Under the pieces are notes generated by a model, which worked only from the letters and a program-made list of their open reading frames with translations, was not told the origin of the DNA and made no database searches. Source: Octopus sinensis (lineage: Eukaryota). Taken from it: 64,000 nt of DNA. Position 1 is the first letter of the stretch. Each line of letters begins with the position of its first letter. The DNA is taken from assembly GCF_006345805.1 (NCBI RefSeq), contig NC_042999.1:27280001-27344000 (forward strand). Reading direction: 5' to 3'. The translations under genes and the position numbers were made by a program. This document shows positions 52,009-64,000 of this stretch, one piece after another.

Positions 52009-52430
52009 TATATATATATAATATATATATATATATATACATATATATAATGACATGCAGTGGTGTGAGTTCATTTATTACTGGTGGTCACTAATTAGGT
52101 TTCAAAACATACAATTAATTTGATTTTCTATATTCTGCTACATATAAATTATTTTCTCCTTCTCAATGATGTTGCTTTCGCAAAATTTGTAATAGTCATT
52201 ACAGACAGAAGAATCATTTAAGTAAAAAAGAATCAGATTCAACTGTAATTTTTCTGACTATTTGCAGTCTAGTAGACTTTAGGAGAAAGCAATGATTTTT
52301 ACATCAATAAATTGTTCTATTTTCGTCCCAAAGATTGTATTAGTAGTCTGCTAGATTTGTAATTATGTGTTGAGAGAACAGAGCAGCGTGTCGCGTTCGA
52401 TGGCTCGTATTAGTTAATGAGTTCTGAATT

Positions 52431-52730
52431 GTATCCATGGTTACGATACACAAATGTTAATACTTCAGTCCGTCTTAACGAAGTTGCAAATATTCCAAAG
52501 TTATAAAAATGGCCACCAGATAAGCACGAGTGCCACTAGCTCAGTCTTTGTTAATAAGCTGAAACCATGGATACAACACAAAATATGACTAACGCAGCTA
52601 GTATTTATGATGTTTTAACTGTGCGAGAAAGAAAGAGTCGTGTGGCATTTTTAAGGGCGTTCTAACCGTGGCTACGTCACATACATGTGGTTAGTGCTGT
52701 CTGTCTTAATGAAGTTGTAACTATGGACAC
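52431..52730. promoter_or_regulatory. Cluster of four RFX X-box-like motifs
   Basis: GTATCCATGGTTAC (52431), GAAACCATGGATAC (52561), CTAACCGTGGCTAC (52662), GTAACTATGGACAC (52717). Confidence 0.3.
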
Positions 52731-52985
52731 AGGGCAAACATAGTTAACCCAGTTTTATGTACTTTTGTACGTATCCGTATGTCTACGTCTATGTATGTAT
52801 GTATGTATGTATGTATGTATGTATGTATGTATGTATGTATGTACGTATCTATCTATCTATGTATGTATGCATGCATGCTTGCATGGATGTACATATATAT
52901 GTATTTCCTAAATCTATCTATGTACACATATACTTATATATAATATATATATATATTATATATACATATACACGTATATATATAG

Positions 52986-53016
<31 letters not shown>

Positions 53017-53150
53017 TGTGTGTGTATGTGTGTGTGTATATACATACATATATATATATTTGCATATGTTTGTATATATGTATGTATATGCATATACGTG
53101 TGTGTGTATGCATTTATGTAAACATTTTTACATATATGTGTGTGTGTATG

Positions 53151-53195
<45 letters not shown>

Positions 53196-55630
53196 GGGGG
53201 AGAGAGAGTGAGAGAGAGAGTGTGTGTCAGTGAGAGTGAGAAAGACAAAGAGAGAGAGAGAGCTATGTCCTTGATATTTCTATATTTTCTTAGTAGAAGT
53301 CACTCCAGTATGAAGTGGCCGTGCTTCCTTGAGTCAAAATAGTTCTGGGAATATATAAATATATGAACAGGAGTTAGCGTTTACATATGTAAGAATATAT
53401 GTTTGTATGTATACCAGTGTCGTGGTGTTAATATATATGTAAAGCTACTCATTCTAATATATTTTGTATGCGTATACATTAAATACATAAGTCACCTTTC
53501 ATTTTCAAGTATGCATTCTAGTACATCTACATTGTATACACATACGTGATGGTATGTATATATGTTAATTCTCGAAAACTCTGATATAGGATCTCTGAAA
53601 AGTTTAGAATATCCTCATAACAACACTGAGCGTAATTCGAGGAGTTTAAGCCATTGGTTTCTTAGGAAATTTTCATCATCTTCGAGCTTTATATACATCT
53701 ATTAACGCATATCACAATGTGCTAATGGAAAACGACTAGATATGCATACCGATCCATATCTTGACAGCAAAAGCTATAAATTTTGCAGTATTTCACCAGA
53801 GAAGCTCCTTTTTCTCCACAACATTAGATGTTTCTGCTTCAGATGATAATATCAGGCCTGTTTTTTTTTTGTTATTTATTGGAATTTCCTCCAATTTTAA
53901 ACATGACAATTTTCTTCTGGATATCATTGTAAATAATTTAGCCAATAACGTTATGTTTCAAGAGAAGGTAGTAACTTATAGATATCTTGGTGGTTACCTG
54001 TCAATGATGTATGTGATATTCTTCACTAGAGGAATGTAATCGATAATTTCAACCACGCCATGGTGGTTTGGAGACGTCCTTATCTATCTTATTGATCAGG
54101 TATTTAGTAGCTATGTTCTGTTCCTGAATAAGGAAGGTACATAACCTTTACTAGGATGTGATATAGCTATCACACGTCAAGCAGAATTTACTCTTCCTCT
54201 CAATTATGTTAGTTTCCTCTAGTTTGCATTATATGTATATTTGTATTAATTTTCTGCTGATATAATGAATGCTTCTCACGCAGATTTGTGTTCAAATCGG
54301 TCGTTACGACATTCATTGGGTCATTCACAGGCAACAGCTCTACACTGAGAACACCTATCTTCCTTCTCATTCTGTCAACAGTACATTACATATAAACCTA
54401 TTCTTGACTGCATATCTTAGTGCATCCATTTTAAATATTTACTATTGATTAGTGTTTTCTAAATAGTACAATACGACACTCAATATTCTATGATCCATTG
54501 TCATCAAATGACATCGATTACAACAGTTGGAATCTTTTCAAAGTGTAGTGACAGAGTTAAATGCCTTTATATAGTCTAGTTATACTGTCAATATATACTG
54601 CTAAGCCAGTATGGCTCCCTTAAGGAAAGCTTCATGGTTAAGGAGCTCCAGTTGTTTGTCAGATTTGGATCTTAAAGAAACAGAATCAAATATAATTCAA
54701 GTAATCTTTGTACAATCTATACATCACATAAGGTAATTCTATGGGCCTGTCGATTCCACCCACGTTTGTCCTGGTTCTTTCATACAAGTGCGTTATCCAT
54801 ACAGTTACTAACCAACGTGATGCATTAGACTGACTCAGAGTTCATTAGTTATCAGTTTTACTTTAACAGGTTGACAAAAGATTCCTGTGAAATTTCATCA
54901 CGAGTATCCGACACATTGAACTTTACAAGGTTATTTTACCAATTGTCAAGAGAGTTTCACAGGTAACATCATTGTTAAAGTGAGACGTGTGTACGGTACT
55001 CACACAGTAGCTTAGTTAAACATATACTGCATCGTGGTTTCTCCACCTATCATACGAAAGAAAACAATTATAATCTTGGTGTCTTGGGTTTTCGTACGAA
55101 GACATAAAATTTGTAGGTGTCATGCAAACATACAATAGACTGTCTTACATTCTTGTAATTTCCTTGACGACAAATGTTTTGTGTACCATTCGTAGACATT
55201 TAATTGCCAATACCAATTACCTTTGAGTGTCTCTTATCGGCAGGACCCGTAGATTGTAAATAGTTTTTCATAAATTAGAGACCGTTCGTCGGTTAATTCA
55301 TTATTCACTTTGCATCTAATTGTAATATACTATTGTGCGATGGTTATCTATAGGCAGTTTTTTTTCTAATATTTAGGAGAGAGGCAATCCATTTGGCTGT
55401 ATGTTGTTAATATAAATGAAAGTGATCGAAAACAAATTTCAATCAATCACAGTTGCTCCTCTCTTTTAGTAAATCGTATGTATATACATGCACACACATG
55501 TGGGTGTGTTTGTGTGTGTGTGCGCGCGCGTATATGTGCATGTGCATGTATATGTATATACATTGATATATACGTTTATGTGTATATATATGAATATATA
55601 TATGTAACACACACACATACACACACACCC

Positions 55631-55672
<42 letters not shown>

Positions 55673-55691
55673 TATATATATATATATGGTA

Positions 55692-56102
55692 GGCGCAGGA
55701 GTGGCCGTGTGGTAAGTAGCTTGCTTACCAAGCACATGGGTCCGGGTTCATTCCCACTGCGTGGGATCTTGGGCAAGTGTATCCTACTATAGCCTCTAGC
55801 CTTCCAAACCCTTGTGAGTGGATTTGGTAGATGGGAACTGAAAGAAGCCCGTCGTATATATGTATATATATATATAAATGTGTGTGTGGTGTGTGTGTTT
55901 GTGTGTCTGTGTTTGTCCCCGCAACATCGCTTGACAACGGATGCTGGTGTGTTTACGTCCCCGTAACTTAGCGGTTCGGCAAAAATGAAACCGATAGAAT
56001 AAGTACTAGGCTTACAAATTCCTGGTGTCGATTTGCTCGACTAAAGACGGTGCTCCGGCATGGCCGCAGTCAAATGACTGAAACAAGTAAAAGAGTAAAA
56101 GA

Positions 56103-56103
<1 letters not shown>
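55692..56103 (+). mobile_element. SINE family A, best-preserved copy
   Basis: GGCGCAGGAGTGGCCGTGTGGTAAG head, B-box-like GGGTTCATTCC, core, internal (TA/TG)n, tail GAAACAAGTAAAAGAGTAAAAGAG. Confidence 0.9.
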
Positions 56104-56160
<57 letters not shown>

Positions 56161-56268
56161 ATGACGTGACCGACCAGACCATCAGATGTTGTTACACATC
56201 GCTGGTCACAATGCGTTCGCATTGTTTTAGCCTTCGAATGACGCCACCCCGCTGGCTAAGCGAGCAGG

Positions 56269-56304
<36 letters not shown>

Positions 56305-57394
56305 GAGAGAGAGAAGAGAGAGAGAGCAATGGAGGAAGAAGAGATTGAAGAAAGAAGAAATATAAAAAACTATTTACGTTTTCTGACGTCTTGTTCATAC
56401 TTGGTTGCTTCTCCTGGTTACAGACAACCTTCTTAAAAATAGAGAAAGACAGTGGAAGAGGTATATCTAAATAAGCAACACAATACAGCAATACATTCAA
56501 TTTCTCACTAGAGATTAAATGTCCGCCAGATGTTCTTTTGCAACTTGATTTATAGCTGACAACTGAAAGTCAATAGATTTCCATCGACTCGTGTCTTAAT
56601 CGTTTTTTCATTTAACAGTTTGTTGCTGTACATAATGAAGTTCTACTTAAATTATCCTGTGAGCTATGTTTTCAACTGTTTATACCATTCGCCTCCTCAT
56701 TTCTATTTATCCGTATTTGTGTAATGACGGTAGTTATTTAACAGTATTATTGTTATTGTTTCTGTTTGGATTGTGATTCACGTAGTTTAACAGCTTAACA
56801 GCCTTCTCCAAGGCATAATCCTCTGGGGGTGTTGATACATTTATGTAACGTAAAGTTTTGTTGGTTGCGTTTGTTATGTGGAGCAATATATTTCTTTCCT
56901 ACGAATGTAGATTGCTAGCGTAACTTCCTTACACTGAACTGTAATCCGATTTATGTAACCGATCGAGGTATTGCCGATAGCACTTTATTTCTTCAATTCA
57001 TTTATTAATTTATTTTAGAGTTGATACTAGACTTGATTTTATCTCAGTGTCCAATAGAATTCCTCGCGGCAGTTCTCCTATGTGTGATCGATGCTACGGC
57101 TTCCTGCCCTACTATAGCGCAAGTAGTAGTAACATCCAGATTATTTACAATTATGATTTTGCTGCTTAAATCACACCTATGTTCTCCTCAAAGCGGGCGA
57201 TATTGATAGAAAGTGTTTATGAGAAATCATTGATTACAAGTAAGAAATATAAATTATGCATGCATGCTTGTGTGTTCCTGTATGTCTATATATACCGTAT
57301 GTCTATATATATATATAAAATTACTGTACATTTAAACACAAAAGAGGTGACCCTAACAGGACACCTTACATGCTAAAAGTAACAGTCAAAATCC

Positions 57395-57602
57395 AACCCG
57401 CGACACCGATGATATCCAAGGGAAAGACAAACGTCGATTCTACTTGGCACCAGTGTCATCGCAACTCATTACTACATCTGAGTGAACTGGAGCAAATAAA
57501 GTGTTTTGCTTGAGAACACAACACACTGCCTAGCCCTGGAATCGAACTCACTACCTTTTGGTTGATAGTTCAACGCTCTAGCCACTGAGTCATGCACCTT
57601 CA
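57395..57602 (-). mobile_element. SINE family C
   Basis: gtgttttgcttgagaacacaac...ggaatcgaactc...ccactgagtcatgcaccttc. Confidence 0.8.
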
Positions 57603-58032
57603 TATATATAGTGACATTTATAATTTTCCGTTTTCGTAAAACATTTCACACTGCCGTCTATATTTATTTTCTGTATACACATTAGCGATTCGCTAAATCA
57701 ACCCTAAATGTTTACGGTGCAAATATATGAACTGACAGAGAATTCAATCCGGAATCTCCTGAAGTCGAGCCAACCCTTACTGATGAGACAACGGAAATAG
57801 CCGAAACTGACCGCTTTAGAGCGATTATAGTCCATGTCAATACGTATGTATACAATTATGTGCTTTGACTAGAGCATTACAGCAGCATTTTAGCTCTTCT
57901 TTCTAGCAATGTAGGTGCTTCTAACACCCTTGTCTCATTTAGTGTCAATTATAGTTTTCCTTTTTGGTAAAACTTGCAAACTGCTGTCTATATCAATTTT
58001 CTTTGTGTATGTGTGTATATATATGTATATAT

Positions 58033-58096
<64 letters not shown>

Positions 58097-58114
58097 CATA
58101 TTATAATATATAAC

Positions 58115-58330
58115 GGGAAGCTTTATGAAAATAAACAAAAGACGAAGGCAGGTGGAAAACAAACGAACAATTGTATTAGTATGGCGCTCAGGAAATATAA
58201 ATAAACAAGTCTTTAACGTTTCGAGCCTACGCTCTTCAACAGAAAGATACACAGAGAGAAAAAACACAGAAAGAAGGAGAGAAAAAAAATGCGTGCAGTA
58301 GCTAACGAATCAATATGGCGATCTGATTTC
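58115..58330 (-). mobile_element. PLE-type terminal repeat, copy 3 of 3
   Basis: Homologous to the 6875 and 37440 copies. Confidence 0.6.
58211..58246 (-). ncRNA. Minimal hammerhead-like motif, core CUGUUGA
   Basis: (U)CUUU-CUGUUGA-A-GAGC(GUAG)GCUC-GAAA-C-GUU-AAAG(A). Confidence 0.6.
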
Positions 58331-58594
58331 GGCCAGAGGTCAAAGATCAAACATGAGACGCGAAGGCGAAATAAGGGGATATAATAGGGTTGATAAAAGG
58401 GTTGAGGGACAGCTAAAAGTGCGTGATATATATATATTATATATATATATATATAATAATATATATATATATAATAGTAGGGAATATAGTTCCAAACTTA
58501 CAGAAAAATTTCAATTTAGCTATTCTAAATCAAATTTCACAATATATAATATATGTATAAAAATTAGGAAAAACTTCTATTAAATAATTCAATA

Positions 58595-58765
58595 GTGAAA
58601 GACGTTATTCCTATCATATAGAAAAAGTTAAATCTAGTATAGAAAACATTATTCTAAAAATCAATAAAGTATCTACTATTTAGTGTTTATGCACTCTATT
58701 GATTTTTAGAATAGTGTTTTCTATAGTATCTTTAACTTCTATATGGTGGGAATAACGTCTTTCAC
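58595..58765. mobile_element. AT-rich foldback/MITE-like hairpin, ~75-bp arms
   Basis: gtgaaagacgttattcc...aaaaatcaataaagt versus actctattgattttt...ggaataacgtctttcac. Confidence 0.75.
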
Positions 58766-59154
58766 ATTTATTCAACTATCTCCTTCGCATTTATATATTA
58801 ACAGTTTAGATCTTAATTATTATTAAAAAAAAAATATGAAACGATTATTCTATGCTAATTTAGTTAATTTTGTCAAGCTTTCTTTTCAATTTGTAAAATA
58901 GAAATTTAAATGTAATAAAATGTTTTGAAAGAAATTTAAAGTGTCTACGTGATAACTGTAAACGTACTTTTCAGCCATTCTGCATATATAATTCAAAAAA
59001 CATTACCAGTGAAATTTTATTCTCCTCGTGTACGAAAAAGGTATTTAAATAACACTGGAAATTAATACTGCTGCAAAATAAACGCTGCATACACAAAAAT
59101 ACATTTGAAAAATTAATCATGACTTCGAACCCTAGATCAATATATATTCTATTT

Positions 59155-59543
59155 AATTGGAAGCACTCCGTCGGTTACGACGATGAGGGTTCCGGTTGAT
59201 CCGAATCAACGGAACAGCATGCTCGTGAAATTAACGTGTAAGTGGCTGAGCACTCCACAGACACGTGTACCCTTAACGTAGTTCTCGGGAATATTCAGCG
59301 TGACACAGAGAGTGACAAGGCCGGCCCTTTGAAATACAGGTACAACAGAAACAGGAAGTAAGAGTGAGAGAAAGTTGTGGTGAAAGAGTACAGCAGGGAT
59401 CACCACCATCCCCTGCCGGAGCCTCGTGGGACTTTTAGGTGTTTTCGCTCAATAAACACTCACAACGCCCGGTCTGGGAATCGAAACCGCGATCCTATGA
59501 CCGCGAGTCCGCTGCCCTAACCACTGGACCATTGCACCTCCAC
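59155..59543 (-). mobile_element. SINE family D (tail type 2)
   Basis: 59351-59543 aligns with 34294-34479; the remaining 3' part is unrelated. Confidence 0.85.
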
Positions 59544-60017
59544 TCATTCTATTTAATAAAATTATAAAAACCACAAAACGTTAAATCAACCCTCTGTCGT
59601 GACGTTATCTCAAAAAGGTTTTTCTGCCCAATATATTTCCAAAATATATCACACACGCCATCGATTCCAATCATATGCAGCATACTTGTGAGATTATCAA
59701 AAAATCTTGACAGTGCGCCAAAATCTGGTTCTGTGTCTTTAAGCAATGGCTCTCAGTTTAAACAGGTAAGGTATTAAATAATACACTTCAAGCATTCTTC
59801 ACATGAGCAGTCGTTTTAATAATTTACCTATGGATTGGCTCATTACCAGTTAGAAGTTATCGAAAATTATGTAAATAAGTACATGTATAAATCGATATAT
59901 ATGAACGAAGGCTTCTATCCAAAGAGATTTTCAATCCAATATTTTAACAAGCTATTATTTATAACTTTATAAGTACTTTGAGAACAGATTTCTACAAAAG
60001 ACTGTTTGTATGTGTGT

Positions 60018-60370
60018 GACTATGTGGTAAGAAGCTTGCTTCCCAAACATATTGTTTCGAGTACTGTCTCGCGGCGTCACTTTAGGCAAATGATTTCCAC
60101 TATAGCGGTGGGCCGACAAAAGCCTTGTGAATGGACTTGGTAGACGGAAACTGAAAGAAGCCTGTCATATATATACATGTGTGTGTGTGTGTGTGACTTT
60201 CTGAACGTGTTTGTACCCTACGACTGCTTGACAACTAGTATGCTGTGTATACATCCTCACGGTTCGGCATAAGACGCCGATGGAATATGTGCCTGGCTTT
60301 AAAAAGTAGTTCTTCCAAATGGTGCCCTGCATGGCCGCAGTGTAATGATAGAGACAAATAAAAAGATAAG
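60018..60370 (+). mobile_element. SINE family A, diverged
   Basis: tgtggtaagaagcttgc...ggtagacggaaactgaaagaagcc...catggccgcag. Confidence 0.75.
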
Positions 60371-60496
60371 TTATATATATGTATTTATGTATAAATGTAT
60401 ATATATACATACATATATATATATATGAATATATATGTATATATGTATGTGAGTGTGTATACATATGTATATATATATATATACATATATACATGT

Positions 60497-60562
<66 letters not shown>

Positions 60563-61480
60563 AGTAACAGGGATGTCCAGGTATCAGTGCATTACGGCCG
60601 TTTCAAGCGATTCCATTTAATCGATCAATAAAAACATTATACCAATTTAAAATACACCACTCTTTTCGGAAGCAGATGACTATACAGATTTTCATCATAA
60701 AGGATAAACCATTATTTTTTTAGCAAAATTTCATGAGTGCAAAATACTAAAATAATTACATTGTTTCAATTTGCTATTTTTGTGGCAGAATGAATTTAAG
60801 AAAAAAATGTATACTTAAAGCCTACTACAATTTAGGGTGGCAGTGGAAATTAAGAAAGAGGAATGGAGATATAGCTACATTTATGTTTATCTTTATCCCT
60901 TTCATATGACTTAATGCAGCCTGTTGTGTACAACACCTTAGAATTTAATCCATTAGGAACTGGCAGTTAAGTTCTTGGTGGTGATAAATTAATTAATGTC
61001 AGATACTTTCCCCGGCCTCTATTTTTCTGGGACCATTTATGAGCCTTATCTACATAAATGGAAATATCTCAGAGTTGCTAGTAAGATAATGACAGATAGA
61101 GAAGAGGTGATAATCAGAAAGAGGAAGATGACTATTAAATAAAAGGGACATAGATTGGGAGACAAAGTAGGTCACAATGTGTTCCAAATGTGGAAATTAA
61201 AGTTGAGGGTAATGTGTTTTATTCTAACTTATCAAAATTTATATATTACATTAAAACTTAGAGAAGGATTTTGGAGCCATGTAAGAGAAAAAGGGCAGAC
61301 AAATCAACCGAAAACTTAAAAGTAGGTACTTTAATACATAAGAGAAAGCCGATAAGGTCTTTTTTCCTAGCATATTGCTAAGGTGCTGATGAAAAAGATA
61401 TTTTTTTTAGCCTATGCTCAAGTTAAGATTTCATCAGATTTGGAGTACATATTTAAAAATGTGATTGGAGTGAATAATAG

Positions 61481-61514
<34 letters not shown>

Positions 61515-61535
61515 ATATATATATATATATATATA

Positions 61536-61892
61536 TAAGGATATTGTTGTTTACAATAATATCAAGTGGAATAACATACGTTAAAAATATCATAAGGTAA
61601 AAAATTATTAATTAATAATTATTAATTAATAATTAAGGGTACTACAGGTAGCACCGGCACGTTAAAAATAGCAGTCAGAAAACAACTACTATCATAAGCT
61701 TTCGCTGATACACATTAATTGAAGTCGGGGAAATGAGCAAAAATTCAAACCCCCCGTACCAAACACGAAAAGAAACGTAAATTGAAAACCCTTACGATTT
61801 CGAACTTTGCAGAAGTGCCACTTAGTCCTCATCACTCTATTTGTTTACACATGCTATGCTACTTAATATTATTGTAAACAATAATATCCTTA
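61536..61892. mobile_element. MITE-like element with ~45-bp TIRs in (TA)n
   Basis: taaggatattgttgtttacaataatatcaagt versus the reverse complement of acttaatattattgtaaacaataatatcctta. Confidence 0.7.
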
Positions 61893-62029
61893 CATATATA
61901 TATTTTTATAATTTATTAGTCTCTCCGATCACTTCTTAAATTTGCTGCGGCATTAAAAACCGTTATCACGCACATTTGTTGAGATGGGCAAGTTCTATGA
62001 CTCTTGGGTCATTAAGACTCGCTGAGGAG

Positions 62030-62500
62030 AATTAATTCTCGAGTGATTGCATACAACGCGTTTGACGTCCCCACTGCCTTTATGATGGTATTTGGAGCCG
62101 TGGCGAATGATAGAAGTGTCATAGATTCACGCTTCATTAGGTCTCTGTTACCTTGGACGGAGCAGAAGTTTGGGCTTGACAATGTGGTGTTTATCAAGGA
62201 TTCTACACCATGCCATGGGTCAACAGCAACACAGACCTTCCTTGGTGAGAAGGTGCCATTTCTTGAGAGGTCCAATATCTGACCCAGCAAGAGCTCAGAT
62301 CTCACTCTTCTAGATTACATTTTATGGGGTGTACTTCAAGTAGGGCCAATGCTTCACCACACTCGAATGTTAACAGTTTGAAGACATTCAACGTGCGTGC
62401 AACACACAAAATCAAAAAGGCGGAGCTTATGGCAGCTGCAAAAAAAGTTCGTTCACGTGCGGAGCTAGTAATTGCCAAAGAGGGAGGCCATATTGAGTGA
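62030..62500 (+). mobile_element. DD37D (maT-type) transposase C-terminal remnant
   Basis: FIKDSTPCH...NI*PSKSSDLTLLDY with 37 residues D to D; ends EGGHIE*. Confidence 0.8.
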
Positions 62501-62544
62501 TAAATGTATTTGTTGTAATAAGTGTTACGTTAAAATTATTATAT

Positions 62545-63660
62545 CTTATTTATATTATTTACATTCGACGGATATTTGTCCTCATCTTGTTTGTTGTTAA
62601 CACAACGTTTCGGCTGATATACCCTCCAGCCTTCTTCGGGTGTCTTGGGGAAATTTCGAATCTGGGTTCTCATTCCTAAGGTATTTTTCGATGTTATTAT
62701 TATTATTATTATTATTATTGTTCAAGTCACTGCTTGGAATATTGGGGTTAGTAGCCCGCGCTCTTAACCACTACGCTATATGCCCGTGGGCAATTATGGA
62801 GTGAATTTTAGGGCTTATAAATCTAATATTTTTCTATCCTTCCTTAATACCGGATCCCATATGCTGCTCATATCTGCACTCGGTCTGCTTAGGAGGTTGT
62901 TGTGTCCTAGCATATGTGCTGCTTCTTTTACTTTTCGTATTTTCCAGTGGCGTTCTCTGTCTATTATTTTATCTTCATCCCACAGGGGGAGGTGGTCTCC
63001 ATTTTTCCATACCTGATCAGCTATACACGATTTATCAATATCTCCCCGTGTCATAGCTTTGTGATATACCTCTACTCTTATTTTGAGGGGGCGGCATATT
63101 CGTCTTTGTATAACCTACCACAGCTGCATGGGATTGAGTACACACAGTCTTTGGTCATATTCTCTTCTATTGGTGGTTTTATTCGAAGGATATATTTGCG
63201 AAGTGTTGTATTACTCTTGAATACTGTCTTGATGTTATATGGATCGCATATCTTTTGCATCTTTTCGGAGAGGCCTTTCACATAGGGTAGACAGACTGTG
63301 GACAGTTTATTGATTTTATCCTCTATCTTCTTCATAATTAGAGTAAATAGTATGTTTTTGGGGTAGTTGTTGCTTAACAGATCGTTAATGAGCTTGATCA
63401 TTTCTTCGTGGTGTGTATCACGATCGCTACTTATATCGTTTGCTCGATTTTTTAGGCACTGAGCAATCCATCTCTTTACACTGTATGGATGGTAGGAATT
63501 GAAGCTGAGTTATAGTCTAGTAAAGGTCGGCTTGCGGTATACGGATGTCCTAAATCAATACTTGGTGCGTGTTATTAATATGTTCAGGAATGCGAGTTGA
63601 TTGTCTTTTTTCTTTTCCATTGTGAACTATATGGACGGCTTTATGGAGTTAAATATAGAA
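62545..63660 (-). mobile_element. Penelope-like retroelement 3' half (RT thumb + GIY-YIG) with terminal region
   Basis: FRTSVYRKPT...FNSYHP, CLPYVKGLSE, CVYSIPCSCGRLYK, LPLWDE.KIIDRERHWKIRKVKEA. Confidence 0.85.
62599..62644 (-). ncRNA. Minimal hammerhead-like motif, core mutated U4C
   Basis: GACAC-CCGAAGA-A-GGCUG(10 nt)CAGCC-GAAA-C-GUU-GUGUU. Confidence 0.6.
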
Positions 63661-63729
63661 CTATTAAAATTACATCTGTCTACTACCATTATTTTAGTAT
63701 TTCTAACAAGTGTTATGCATCGTAAAAAT

Positions 63730-63938
<209 letters not shown>

Positions 63939-64000
63939 CTGGCAAAAATGTTTACGGGCGGCGAACATAAAAAAAAATCCATCTAACTTCTAGGAAGAAC

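Noticed and set aside
61690-61725. GAAAGCUU suggesting another hammerhead (minus strand)
   Set aside because: No recognisable CUGANGA core or stem II upstream.

Overview
AT-rich eukaryotic window made up mostly of microsatellites and transposable-element debris. The repeat families and (TA)n/(TAA)n density point to a coleoid cephalopod, probably Octopus (inference). No intact host gene is supported; the only candidate is a 42-codon ORF start running off the left edge (minus strand). Recognisable content: four tRNA-headed SINE families (labelled A-D here, about 25 copies), Penelope-like retroelements (PLEs; RT and GIY-YIG remnants), R4/Dong-type REL LINEs next to (TAA)n, RTE and L1/Tx1 fragments, three IS630-Tc1-mariner lineages (DD34E, DD34D, DD37D), two non-autonomous Helitrons and several foldback/MITE hairpins. 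Nearly all long ORFs in the track are microsatellite artefacts. The main finding is six minimal hammerhead-ribozyme motifs in PLE-type termini, in three non-canonical classes: a compensatory A3-U8 core (2 copies), a CUGUNGA core with U at position 6 (3 copies), and a U4C core downstream of a tRNA-like head (1 copy). All coordinates were read by eye and may be off by a few bases; boundaries of degraded elements are approximate.
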